DNA of 64,000 nucleotides from an uncultured Phycisphaerales bacterium (GTDB lineage Bacteria; Planctomycetota; Phycisphaerae; WQYP01): NCBI GenBank assembly GCA_963766775.1, contig CAVYBP010000003.1, positions 27,759 to 91,758 of the forward strand, read 5' to 3'. Shown piece by piece: positions 39,419 to 50,974 of this stretch (position 1 is its first letter; each line of letters starts with the position of its first letter). The notes under the pieces were generated by a model. It saw only the letters and a program-made list of their open reading frames with translations, ran no database searches and was not told where the DNA came from. The position numbers and the translations under genes were made by a program.

Positions 39419-40440
39419 CGCGGAACCTCGATTTTTCCAAGCACCGCCTGCAGGGTTTCTTCGCGTGTCGCACCGCTGATTTCAGACTCGGCCGTCAGCG
39501 TGATGCGATGGGCCAGCACGGGGGTGACCATCGCGACGACATCATCGGGCGTCAGAAAATCGCGGCCCTTGAAAAGCGCCAGGGCTTTGGCTGCCTGCAG
39601 GAGGAAAATCCCCCCGCGCGGGCCGGCGCCAACCAGAATGGATTCCGTATCGCGCGTCGCCCGGATGATCTTAAGAATGTATTCAATGATTGGCGGCTCG
39701 ACGCGCACCTGGCACAGGGCACGCTGCATTTCCCGCAACTGCTCGACTGTGAGCACGGGCGTGATTTTGCCGGCTACTAGGCGATCAGGCGGGTCTCCGC
39801 GATGGACGGCCTCCAATAAGGATCGCTCCGCATCGGCCTGCGGATAATCGACCTTGATCTTCAGGAGAAAACGATCCTGCTGCGCTTCGGGCAGCGGATA
39901 AGTTCCTTCAAATTCAATCGGATTCTGCGTGGCGAACACGGTGAACACCGGCGAAAGTTCATGACGCACGCCATCGACGGTGGCACTGCGCTCACTCATC
40001 GCTTCCAGCAGCGCCGACTGCGTCTTTGCCGGAGCGCGATTGATTTCATCGGCAAGCAGCAGATCCGTAAAAATGGGGCCGTGATGAAATGTAAATTGCG
40101 AGGTATTGACGTTGAACACGTTTGTGCCGACGACATCTGAAGGCATTAAATCCGGCGTGAACTGAATGCGCTTGGCGCGGGCGGAGAGCCCCATCGCTAA
40201 GGTTCGCACCATGAGCGTTTTTGCCACGCCCGGCACTCCCTCGAGTAACGCATGGCTACCGCAGAGAAGGGTAATCATCATCTGCTCAACCACCCGCTCC
40301 TGACCGCGGATGACTTTGGCAATCTCGGTGCGACAGCGCGGTAAGCGCTGCAACGGCGGTTGCCAAATCCCCCGAAAACGGTGGCCGCACGGGAGAGGGA
40401 CTAGGTGTGACGATTTCGGACACGGATGAACTCCTGGCAA
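39415..40440 (-). CDS. MoxR-family AAA+ ATPase (start uncertain, possible frameshift near 40335)
   Basis: VIRGQERVVEQMMITLLCGSHALLEGVPGVAKT...LLLADEINRAPAKTQSALLEAM...VFATQNPIEFEGTYPLPEAQQDRF. Confidence 0.85.
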   Translation of the reverse strand: MPGVHPCPKSSHLVPLPCGHRFRGIWQPPLQRLPRCRTEIAKVIRGQERVVEQMMITLLCGSHALLEGVPGVAKTLMVRTLAMGLSARAKRIQFTPDLMPSDVVGTNVFNVNTSQFTFHHGPIFTDLLLADEINRAPAKTQSALLEAMSERSATVDGVRHELSPVFTVFATQNPIEFEGTYPLPEAQQDRFLLKIKVDYPQADAERSLLEAVHRGDPPDRLVAGKITPVLTVEQLREMQRALCQVRVEPPIIEYILKIIRATRDTESILVGAGPRGGIFLLQAAKALALFKGRDFLTPDDVVAMVTPVLAHRITLTAESEISGATREETLQAVLGKIEVPR

Positions 40441-41880
40441 AACTGGTGGGAATCACGAAGGGCGGCGGCTAACCGCTGCTCCGCCTTTTTCGGGCGTTTG
40501 GCCTCACGCTGCGGGATGTCGGCGAGCGGCTCAATTTCCTGGATGCGGTCTTTGAGCGACCAGTGAATAACCGCGCCGCATTCGGGACATTTTCCGCTGG
40601 TATTGCGCGTGAGATCATAACCGCACGACGGACAGAGGGGGCCAGGGCCGCGACCGACTTCATTTAAAGTTGCGAGGATGGCGCGAACTTTCGCAGCGAC
40701 GTCCGGCGACACATGCCCGAGCGTGGCCTCGATTGCGGCCGGCGAACAGTGCAGGACCGTCGCGATGCGCCGCCGAACCTCTGCATGAACCTTTTCAAAT
40801 GCGACGGGCGTCTTCATGGACTGGCTGTAAAGATAGCCGAGCGTGTCGATCTGCTCCGTTGCGGATCGCCGCCGCTTTATCACCCGGGGGTCTGGCGGAT
40901 GGAACCCTGACGTTGCCCAGACGTACAACGCCACGAAGAAGAAAAGTTGAAAGAGGGCCGGCAGCAATCCGATTTGATGGATGAAGCCGATGACAGTCCC
41001 CTCATGCCCAAGCCCGTGCGACCATTCATCAAAAATCACCTGGGTGGTGGAGAGCTTGTCGGGCGGAGCGATCAGCGAAAGGATGAACTCCAAATTGACA
41101 CGGCTATCCAACGCGTGATTGAGGATGGGTGTTTGCGATCCCACAATAATGATGCGGCCCTTTCCAAAGGGCCGTACCGCAGCGACCCATTCCTGCGAGC
41201 CATCGACCATGGCCAGCGGCTGCCATTGTGTGGGGCCGTTTGGTGCTTTGATCACAATGGCGGGCTTTGGTTTTCCGGCCAGGGTTATCTTGGTTTTGCG
41301 GGCGTCTTTTTGCGGTAAAAGCGTCATCGGAGGCGCAGCAATCCAGGGTTTCGGAGGTGCGTGCGAGCGCTTTGCCGGCGGCGTCGGGGGCGGCGATCCA
41401 GTTCGCCCTTTGGCCACTGCCGGGGATGTCGGTGGGGGGCTTTCCGCTTGACTCGGCGGATTCGATATCGTGGAGCGACGTTACTGTCGAACCGGTGAGA
41501 TCTGCGTCGGTCATCAATTCCGTGTCTGCGCGGGTGAACTGAATGACGGTGTTACCCTGTTGAATCCACGCCTTCAGCGGCGACTGCTGCAATGTGGGAT
41601 TGTCGCGAAAAACCCCGCTCGAACTCTGAAGCACCTGAATCAAAACCGCGCCTACTGCTTCTTCTGGCGCGGGCCTCATGAGGTTTGACGTGGGTATGCC
41701 GCGCTCGAGCAGCAGGTCTCGGATCGCTGCGGTGCCGTAAGGGTCGTGTCGTTCGCTGGAATAAAGCGGGGTGTCATCGCCGCCACGGCTGGCAAGGGCG
41801 GCGGACTGATAAAAAAACCAGCAGCCCACCAGGGTGAGCGCCACCGCGACAATAATCGCAATTTTAAGTCGCACGCGCAT
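40401..41880 (-). CDS. DUF4350-like protein with C-terminal zinc ribbon (frameshift near 41400)
   Basis: The N-terminal TM helix is MRVRLKIAIIVAVALTLVG. Further motifs are ..GRIIIVGSQTPILNHAL..VIFDEWSHGLG and CPSCGYDL..CPECG. Its position between the DUF4129 and MoxR genes matches the conserved cluster. Confidence 0.55.
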
Positions 41881-42682
41881 CCCTTCCCGCAGGCGCCGAC
41901 GATTGGATGAGCGTTTGGACCTGAGATCGCAGCGTGTTTAAATCCGCATGCGAGGATGTCTGCCATCCATACCAGACGCTATCGAACAAGTCCGTCAGCG
42001 ATGAGAACACTTCGCGCTCCGCCGGCAGACCGCGATAGCGGTGCACGTACGTCCAATTCGTGTGATGGCGATTGAAATCAATCGTGCCGTTCGCATGAAG
42101 GCCCGAAAGCAACGCAAGATACATCGCCCGGTACATCGCGCGGAAATTTTTCTCGGCAGCTAGACGACCCGCTTCGTCCAACCATTGCTCTCCGCCCATC
42201 GCCAGCGCATTTCCCTGATCGAGCGCCCGGGCTATTTGCTCCCGGCTCAGCACGTTATCGCTTGAACGCGATTTCTGATTGTCGCGAAAAACGCGGATCA
42301 GCAATATCACCAGTGCGAGAACAAACAGACCAATCGCCACCCCACCAACGATCCAGAATAAAATCTTCAAGCCATCGCTCAGCGAAGGCATGGCCCATGA
42401 GCCTGTTGCAGAACGCGGAGAGCGAAACAAGAAACGGATCCACTCGTCCAGCCAATCCGCAAATTTCTGGAGCTCCTCGCGGGCTGCGGCACCTGCGGCA
42501 GAATCCTGCGCCTGGCCCTGCCGAAGTTGCCACCGCTGATACAAAGGTCTTTTCAGGATTTCCTGCAATTGTTGATGTGGATCTGCCATCTCGACCTTGC
42601 TGAAGGATTCTGCAAAGCTGGAGGAACAGATCCAACCGAGCAATACCACTGCAAACAGGCATTGGCGAAAGCGTCCAGTCAT
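41864..42682 (-). CDS. DUF4129-like membrane protein
   Basis: The start MTGRFRQCLFAVVLLGW overlaps the upstream stop (ATGA). There is a central TM helix. The C-terminus NFRAMYRAMYLALLSGLHANGTIDFNRHHTNWTYV...FDSVWYG has the DUF4129 pattern. Confidence 0.55.
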   Translation of the reverse strand: MTGRFRQCLFAVVLLGWICSSSFAESFSKVEMADPHQQLQEILKRPLYQRWQLRQGQAQDSAAGAAAREELQKFADWLDEWIRFLFRSPRSATGSWAMPSLSDGLKILFWIVGGVAIGLFVLALVILLIRVFRDNQKSRSSDNVLSREQIARALDQGNALAMGGEQWLDEAGRLAAEKNFRAMYRAMYLALLSGLHANGTIDFNRHHTNWTYVHRYRGLPAEREVFSSLTDLFDSVWYGWQTSSHADLNTLRSQVQTLIQSSAPAGRDARAT

Positions 42683-43492
42683 GTGCCGCTCCGTGCGACG
42701 GTCAGCGTATTGAGCCTCGCTCGCAAATCGGATCCCGTGCGGCGGGATTGGGAATCGTAATACAGAAACACGGAGGCGATGGCCCAATAAAAATCGAAGG
42801 CGAGGCCGATGAAGTAAAGAATGCTCAACCGCCAGGCCACGCTGCGAAAGGTTAATTGCAGCCCGGTTGCGTCCAAATCCAACAAGCTCGGCAGGAGGAA
42901 CGACGTCACTGCCCATTGGACCACCAGCGTCGCCACGAACGCCGCCAGCATGAGAATCAAGAGCACGAAGCAGGCTTGCACCAGCCGCTTGGTGGAGTGG
43001 TGAATCCACGTCAGCGCCTGGACCATCTCGCGGAACAGTGGACCATCACGTTCAAGCAGGAGAGGGGCGGAAAATGTTCCCACGAAGAGGCCATAAAAGG
43101 ACGGAGCCAAAACGAAACTTCCCCACGAAGCGGCGACATTCGCATAGAGGCGCAAGCAGTATCCAAGCCATGCGCGACCGCAGCTTTAACCCGTGCCTCG
43201 CCTGTACGTCTTGCTGCACAAGCTGTTGAATCCGCGCCAGCCAGGCCCATCGCCACAACGTCGCCGGCACGAGCGCGACGCACCACATCATGAGCACCGA
43301 CCGATGCTGCGCACTGATGGCATCAATAACAAACAGCGCGATTACCGACATGGGAAGCATTGCAGCCACATACTCGGGCAACAGTCGGAAACCGCGGGTG
43401 CGCACATATTCCAGAGCGCCATCCAGTGGCTGCGACGCAGAGCCGCGGGTCTGCAGGAAATCACGTGGGTCATAGATAGACGCCCGCTGCAT
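42679..43492 (-). CDS. Polytopic membrane protein (frameshift near 43150)
   Basis: ORFs 43052..43492 and 42679..43155 join. Several TM helices and no recognisable motif. Confidence 0.45.
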
Positions 43493-43499
43493 GGTGCCT

Positions 43500-43805
43500 T
43501 CACTCCCAGTGCGTCAAGCTTATGAGCGTGACCGCCAGTGTGTAGTACGACCAGTAAACCAGGAGCAATAGAACCGGCGACAGTACCAGCAATGCGACAT
43601 TCGGCCAAGCCCTGTGCTTGGCTCGTTCTTGCGCCCGCCGACTTTTTAATAGCGACAGGCCTTCCCGGGAGTAGTTCACCCCTTCGTAACGGGTGGAACA
43701 CTCACCGCAAATCGCCTGTTGCGTCATCACGCAGACACCGATTGCCGGGCGTTCGGGATGGTTGCGGCAAAATCGACGTTCTATGACCATAAGGTGCCCT
43801 GTCAA
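43500..43805 (-). CDS. Small B-box-like zinc-finger protein with C-terminal TM helix
   Basis: FCRNHPERPAIGVCVMTQQAICGECS, then VALLVLSPVLLLLVYWSYY. Confidence 0.5.
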   Translation of the reverse strand: MTGHLMVIERRFCRNHPERPAIGVCVMTQQAICGECSTRYEGVNYSREGLSLLKSRRAQERAKHRAWPNVALLVLSPVLLLLVYWSYYTLAVTLISLTHWE

Positions 43806-44052
43806 GCACGAAGTTCAACGCACGATCATACCCGTCGCATGATCCGCACGGCATTTGGAGTAGTTTCGGGATCGCAGGTTGACGGTAGTGATACACCGCA
43901 ATTCTTGTCATAACAACAGTGAGGCCTCACGTCATGTTCATCCCACCCGCACGCTTCATGACCACTCAAAAGTGCCGCTCATCTGTTGGGACAACTCGCC
44001 TGGAACAACTCGCCGAGCAAGTCGAATGAACAAATCTCCGCCCTCGAGCCTC

Positions 44053-45402
<1,350 letters not shown>

Positions 45403-45543
45403 TCAAACCTCGGAAGACTGTGACACCCACGAGCCAAGAGTTGAAGCAGATGAAATTTCAAATCTGAAATTTCTCTCCGTTCCGTGCCGTCCTCTGCTTT
45501 GTGACTTCGTGGTTAAAATATTCGACTCACACGGATCCGCTCT

Positions 45544-46059
45544 TTACTGCGGCTTTACCAAAAACATGGGCTGTCCATACTCGACGGTTTGGCCGTTGGC
45601 GACGAGAATTTTCACGACCGTTCCGCTTGCATCGGCGTGAATTTCATTAAAAACCTTCATTGCTTCGATAATGCAGACGACGGTTTTATCTTTTGTGAGC
45701 TCGGTGCCGATGGACACAAAGGCATCGGATTCGGGATTGGGCGAGCTATAAAAAGTGCCGACCATTGGCGACTTTACGGGGACGAGATTTTCTTCTGTCT
45801 TGGATACCGCCGGCGGCGAAGCGGCTCCCGCTGCCGGACCCTGAGCCGCCATCATCTGGGGTGCCGCATAATGCCCCGCCGGCGTGCCGCCGCCCGATAC
45901 CGTGCCCCGCCGCAGCACAATTCTGCTTTTGTCCTCGGCGAGTTCAATTTCCGTCAGCCCATTCTCTGCCATCAGGGCGATCAAATCCTTCACGCGCTTC
46001 GTATCCGTAAAGCTCGCCGACACCCCTGAGGACGATGAAGAGCCAGATTTCTTAGCCAT
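45544..46059 (-). CDS. accB: Biotin carboxyl carrier protein
   Basis: SPMVGTFYSSP...CIIEAMKVFNEIHADASGTVVKILV (biotinyl-Lys motif EAMK). Confidence 0.9.
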   Translation of the reverse strand: MAKKSGSSSSSGVSASFTDTKRVKDLIALMAENGLTEIELAEDKSRIVLRRGTVSGGGTPAGHYAAPQMMAAQGPAAGAASPPAVSKTEENLVPVKSPMVGTFYSSPNPESDAFVSIGTELTKDKTVVCIIEAMKVFNEIHADASGTVVKILVANGQTVEYGQPMFLVKPQ

Positions 46060-46133
46060 AATGTCTATTTCTCCGGAACACAGGTCCGTTCAAAATCATC
46101 TCAACACAAAACACAAAACTTGAATCACTCGCC

Positions 46134-47299
46134 TCACACCATCGCTGACGCCAAATCCTTGGGCAACGTGCTCAACACCCGATGACCGGTTTCAGTCACC
46201 AGCACGTCATCTTCGATCCGCACGCCACCAACGCCGGGCACATATATCCCCGGCTCGACGGTGACGATCATTCCAGGCTCGAGGACGGTCTTGCTCAACC
46301 GGGACAGGCTGATGGCCTCATGAATGTCGCGTCCAAGTCCATGGCCGGTGCCATGCCCAAACTTTTCGCCGTAGCCGGCCTTTTTGATGACGTCGCGCGC
46401 AGCCTTGTCGACCTTTTTGCCATGCGCGCCGGGTTTGATCGCCGCGATCGCCGCCAGTTGGGCCTCGAGCACTATCTGATAAATCTCACGCATCTGCGTG
46501 GGCACGTTACCGACGAAAAGAGCGCGGGTCAAATCAGAGCAATAGCCCTTAAACCGTGCGCCCCAATCAATCAACAAGGGCATGTTCGCGCCCATCTTCA
46601 CATTGCCGGGCCGATAGTGCGGCAGCGATCCGTTCGCCCCTGCGCCGACGATGGTATCGAACGACGAATTCAGAGCCCCGCGTTTTCGCATCTCATATCC
46701 GAGGCGGCCGGCGATCTCATTTTCGGTCATCCCGACCTTCAACTGTTTCTTCAACGCGAGGAAGGCTCCCTCGGCGATCTGAATCGCCTCCTCCATGATG
46801 CCGATCTCGCGAGCGTCTTTGATTTGCCGCGGCTTCACACAAATATCCGTCACGGGCACGAGCTTCAGTTTCACCCCGGCCTTTTTCGCCAACTCCTCCA
46901 ATGTCTTGCGGCCCTTCAGCGTCATCGACTCCGCCTGGACCGCCAGCGCCCCGATCTTGAGGCGCTTCACCTGCTTTAGTAGCTCTTCCAAAATCGACTT
47001 TTTTCGCATGACCGCCTTGAGCCATGGCGCCTCGAGCTGAATCTGCTCTTCGTATCGAGAATCGCTGAGCAGCAGTACGCGGTCGCTGGTCATTAACACG
47101 TAAGAATCGTCCCCCTCAAAACCCGTCAGCCATGAGACGTCCACGAAATTCGTCACCAGCAACGCCTCGGGGAGCTTTCCTTCGGCCCCCTTTTTTCGCC
47201 CGCCCGCATCGCAGCCCGCACCTTTTCCACCCTTGCCGCGATAAATTCCGCGGGTGGGGGGGGAGCAGAACGCGCCTTCGGAATGGACGACTTCACCAT
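46134..47299 (-). CDS. pepP: Xaa-Pro aminopeptidase (M24B) (frameshift at T6/A6 run 47191-47196)
   Basis: [34 protein letters not shown]. The corrected N-terminus is [36 protein letters not shown]|[25 protein letters not shown], with a GCAGGAG RBS before the ATG at 47299. Confidence 0.85.
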
Positions 47300-47513
47300 A
47301 AAACTCCTGCCGCAGTGAAAGTGCGAAAATTATAAGCCAACGCGCCATGGCCAGCCAGTAGGTCGGGAGTCTTGTGTTGGAAATCGTCGAAGAGAATCGT
47401 CGCTCCGAGCGCGTCTCGGCGCACATGACAGTGCTGACATAGAACGGTAGTGCTTCCCTGCAAAGTGTGCATTCACGTTACAATTCCGCGACTTGTTTTC
47501 TCATGGAGCAAAA

Positions 47514-48188
47514 ATGTCTTTACTGCCCGCACGTCTGTGGCTCGTTCGCCACGGTCAAACCGACTGGAACGCCGCCGGCCGCGTCCAAGGTCACATCCCC
47601 ACCGACCTGAACCTCGAAGGCCGCGCTCAGTCTCTTGCCCTCGGAAAGCTCCTCGCCGACCGCCCCTTCGCCGCACTATATTCCAGCGACTTGCCACGAG
47701 CCTTGCAAACCTCCGAACTTCTCCTGCAGGGTGCGAAACTCTCCGTCCCGATTCAATCCACGGAACAACTTCGCGAACGCTCCTTCGGCCCTTATGAAGG
47801 TGCAACGTCCCCCGAAATCCGCGCGCCGCGCACGGCCCTCGGACTCTCATCCACCGGCGACCTTGCCGATTGGACCGGTATGCCCGGCATTGAATCGAAC
47901 AACGCCCTGTGGAGCCGGATCCAAGCGACCCTCAAAAATATCTCCGCCCAACATTCCGCCCAGGACGTTCTCGTCATTACCCATGGCGGCGTCATCGCAC
48001 AGGCCATCAACCATATCCTGGGCATCCCGGAGGGGACTCCACGCCGCTATCCACTTTCCAACGGCATTGTCGCCATCCTTCAATACCGCCCGGATGCCTG
48101 GCACATGCTCAGTCTGATCGATGTTCCGCTGGCACTGAATGCTCAATCGTTTGCCACCATCGATACGAGCATTGCGCCCAAGTCATAA
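47514..48188 (+). CDS. Histidine phosphatase family protein (phosphoglycerate mutase-like)
   Basis: LWLVRHGQTDWNAAGRVQG...LVITHGGVI. Confidence 0.8.
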   Translation: MSLLPARLWLVRHGQTDWNAAGRVQGHIPTDLNLEGRAQSLALGKLLADRPFAALYSSDLPRALQTSELLLQGAKLSVPIQSTEQLRERSFGPYEGATSPEIRAPRTALGLSSTGDLADWTGMPGIESNNALWSRIQATLKNISAQHSAQDVLVITHGGVIAQAINHILGIPEGTPRRYPLSNGIVAILQYRPDAWHMLSLIDVPLALNAQSFATIDTSIAPKS

Positions 48189-48248
48189 AGCGGCGTGCCC
48201 GTTTTTCCGGAGAGTGCTTTCTTCTGCCTGCTGACTGCGCAAAATTCC

Positions 48249-48319
48249 GAGACGCGCCCGTGAGGAAGCGTTTGATCCCTCAGCGAGGAACACCGAACGC
48301 TTCCTCACGGGCGCGTCTC
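48249..48319. repeat. Perfect 24-bp inverted repeat (hairpin, 23-nt loop)
   Basis: GAGACGCGCCCGTGAGGAAGCGTT (48249-48272) pairs with AACGCTTCCTCACGGGCGCGTCTC (48296-48319). No T tract follows. Confidence 0.8.
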
Positions 48320-48475
48320 AGAATCCCATATATTTCCACGGTTGAGCCAGCGCCGGAAAAACGAGCCGCACCCTCAGGTGAAACCAACAGTCCTTCCCCG
48401 CGTAGTACCTGTAGGTACAATGGGCGTGTCCGAAAAATCTAACCGAGAGGAAACATAATAAAGCGCAATATTCGA

Positions 48476-48856
48476 ATGATTCAGTCCGTCGCGGCAGCGT
48501 TCCTGCTGGCGTGCGTGCTTCCCAGCCTGCAGGCCGCGAAACCGGCAGGGGAAGCCACTGAAATTGGTCTGCTTCGCCACGCGTACAAAACCATGGCCGC
48601 CGCGGACCACGATTATAAAGGGCACCGCATCAAAGCGATGCACGCCATTGAAGCGGCGTGCGACCAGCTGGGGACGGACATCCGCGGCGATGGTCATGGC
48701 CATGAAAAACAAGCCGTCTCGGATGAACAACTCAAAGAAGCCCGACAGATGCTGGAACAAGCCCGCGGCATTGTCACCGGTCGACATGAGGCGGTTATTG
48801 TTGCACACATCGATGAAGCGATTAAAGAACTCGACATTGCGCTGACCATTAAATAA
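48476..48856 (+). CDS. Small secreted hypothetical protein
   Basis: Signal peptide MIQSVAAAFLLACVLPSLQAA, then a helical His-rich body. No family recognised. Confidence 0.5.
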   Translation: MIQSVAAAFLLACVLPSLQAAKPAGEATEIGLLRHAYKTMAAADHDYKGHRIKAMHAIEAACDQLGTDIRGDGHGHEKQAVSDEQLKEARQMLEQARGIVTGRHEAVIVAHIDEAIKELDIALTIK

Positions 48857-49088
48857 ACTCACCGCCCGATCCAGTAAGAAGCCGCTGCGCATAAAATCAC
48901 ACGGTCCGGAAAGACCGGTGGATTGCAGTTGCGAGGCATTTTCGCGCCGGCACACCCACGCGCCGTCTGATATTTAGAATCCTCATATTTCTATTTGCAT
49001 TCGCACGGTCGCATGATAAGCTTTCGCACATAGGGATATGTACGCCCGTAAAAAATTTTGGTCACGGGAGAGAGCATTGGAGGATACC

Positions 49089-49907
49089 ATGCTCGCTCGT
49101 TCCCGCGTTCCCGTCACTGCTGCCATTTTGACCCTTTGTCTCGGTGCCACCGCGGCTTCTGCCGTGACCATCAACTTTGCAAAGGTTCAGATCACTTATC
49201 GCAACCAAGACGATCTGGACCGACAACCCTCCCATGGCGTCTCTGACGGGATGGTCGCACCCCCCACCAACGGCCTCCCACCCGGACCCCCCGTTCTCGT
49301 CTTCACCCAGGGCGTTGCGTCCTGGACGGATTCCTCGGGCACTGAACTCCGACGACGGCCCGTGAACAACCTCGGCAGCAGCGGCCAGGACGGCGTCAGC
49401 GTCTCACTTAACGTCTTTGACTCACAGCCGCCTGCTCCTTCCCCAACCCTCCCACCCTTCCCCGCCACATCCTTCTTCGACATTTTTACTGAAATCTCCG
49501 TCCCGACCGCCGATGGGAGTCCGAGCAACACGCCCACCTCGCTCCGCCGCCTCGAAGTCCATAACCTCGGCAGCAGCGGTCAGGATGGCGTGTCCATCGA
49601 TTTCGTTGTCGTTGATCCTACGTCCGGCAACGAAATCCCCATGAATGAAATCGTCACTGCGACCAGCCCCGGCGTCCACTTCAATAATTCGCCGACCGTG
49701 AATGCGCCAGCTTTCGTTCCGGACATGCCCGGTAACTTCCAGTCCTTTTTCGATATTTTCTTTGAACTCGACGGCACCCAATCCTTCGACCCAAACACCC
49801 CCATGTTCCGCATCGACACCACCATCACCCCGGAACCGGCATCGCTCTCACTTGCCGCCTTGGGGGTTCTTCCCTTTCTTGTTCGTCGCCGTCGAACATT
49901 CTGCTAA
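49089..49907 (+). CDS. PEP-CTERM-anchored secreted protein with two internal modules
   Basis: Signal peptide MLARSRVPVTAAILTLCLGATAASA. NLGSSGQDGVS...SFFDIF.E occurs twice. The C-terminus is PEPASLSLAALGVLPFLVRRRR. Confidence 0.7.
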   Translation: MLARSRVPVTAAILTLCLGATAASAVTINFAKVQITYRNQDDLDRQPSHGVSDGMVAPPTNGLPPGPPVLVFTQGVASWTDSSGTELRRRPVNNLGSSGQDGVSVSLNVFDSQPPAPSPTLPPFPATSFFDIFTEISVPTADGSPSNTPTSLRRLEVHNLGSSGQDGVSIDFVVVDPTSGNEIPMNEIVTATSPGVHFNNSPTVNAPAFVPDMPGNFQSFFDIFFELDGTQSFDPNTPMFRIDTTITPEPASLSLAALGVLPFLVRRRRTFC

Positions 49908-49942
49908 ATTTCTGCACCTCATTGCGCAGCTTCAACGGAACA

Positions 49943-49973
49943 AAACCCAGGGATTGCAATCCCTGGGTTTTTG
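49943..49973 (+). terminator. Rho-independent terminator (probably bidirectional, between convergent genes)
   Basis: AAACCCAGGGATTGCAATCCCTGGGTTTTT. Confidence 0.75.
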
Positions 49974-50033
49974 TGTGCACGGGGTGTCTGATTGCTGGTG
50001 CAGATCTTTAACGGTGGCACTTGTTTTTTTCCG

Positions 50034-50687
50034 CTACTTGGTGAGGCGGTCGTGCATTTCCGTTAGGTCCTTATATGCTTCGGCAAATGCTGCCGCGTTT
50101 ACCGCGTCCATGGAGTCCGGTGCCATGTCCTCGATCAGGGCCAAGCGGGATTCGATCAAAGGGAGGTCGTTGGGCGTTGGGTGATTCGGATCGGCAAAAC
50201 CGTTTTCATTCAAATCTTCAATCAGGTTCTTCCGATCATGTGGGGAAAGGCTGGGATCATTGATGGCGCTCGTCCAAACAGCTTCGGCCTCGGTATCCAT
50301 CCCGACATAATTGAGTGCCTCACGGGCGATAGGCTCGGCCATCACATTGCTGGAGGAAGCGTTCGCATTACCGGAGGAGCTGTTCGCGGCTCTCATGGCG
50401 GGGGCAGGTCCGCGTGGGGAAACAATTGCCGCATGGGATTGTTCGGACGGTAAAACGGCGGCTGGTACGGGGGCATTCGGCACCGGCTGATTTGGAATTT
50501 TTTCAGAAACTATCTGCGGAGCTTTCGCCACCGCCACGGGAGGGGGCGTGGGCTTGGGGGTGGTCGCGACGTCGATTACGGGGTTTTCCAACGGGCGATA
50601 CTGTGTGCCGCGCGAAAATAGCCAGACTGAACCAACGAGTGTTCCGACCAAGAGCAGGATCAACGCTGCGTCCGCTGTTTTTCGCAT
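50034..50687 (-). CDS. Hypothetical membrane-anchored Pro-rich protein
   Basis: The likely start is MRKTADAALILLLVGTLVGSVWLF (TM helix). A P/A/V-rich linker and an acidic C-terminal domain follow. The longer ORF start at 50978 overlaps the nuoH end. Confidence 0.5.
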   Translation of the reverse strand: MRKTADAALILLLVGTLVGSVWLFSRGTQYRPLENPVIDVATTPKPTPPPVAVAKAPQIVSEKIPNQPVPNAPVPAAVLPSEQSHAAIVSPRGPAPAMRAANSSSGNANASSSNVMAEPIAREALNYVGMDTEAEAVWTSAINDPSLSPHDRKNLIEDLNENGFADPNHPTPNDLPLIESRLALIEDMAPDSMDAVNAAAFAEAYKDLTEMHDRLTK

Positions 50688-50974
50688 GGTCGTTTCCTTT
50701 ACGAAAGCATCCTTCAGTTGTCTTCTTATATAAGCCAAAATGAAGCATAGATGAAAGGCTAAATTAAAAATCCCCGACACAAGACCGATTCCAACGTCAG
50801 CCCAACTTTTAGAAGTCCAGGAATTTCGCTCGTGAACCGACTGGAAGCCGCCCCGTACCGCCAAACCCGCCGCGGGAACACTCACTAACACTCCGCCTCT
50901 TGCTGTCTCCACAAGGATCTTCAATTCCCCCTCTTCTTTCCCCCTTCGCGTCTTCGTATTTAAATCTCTTCTCT

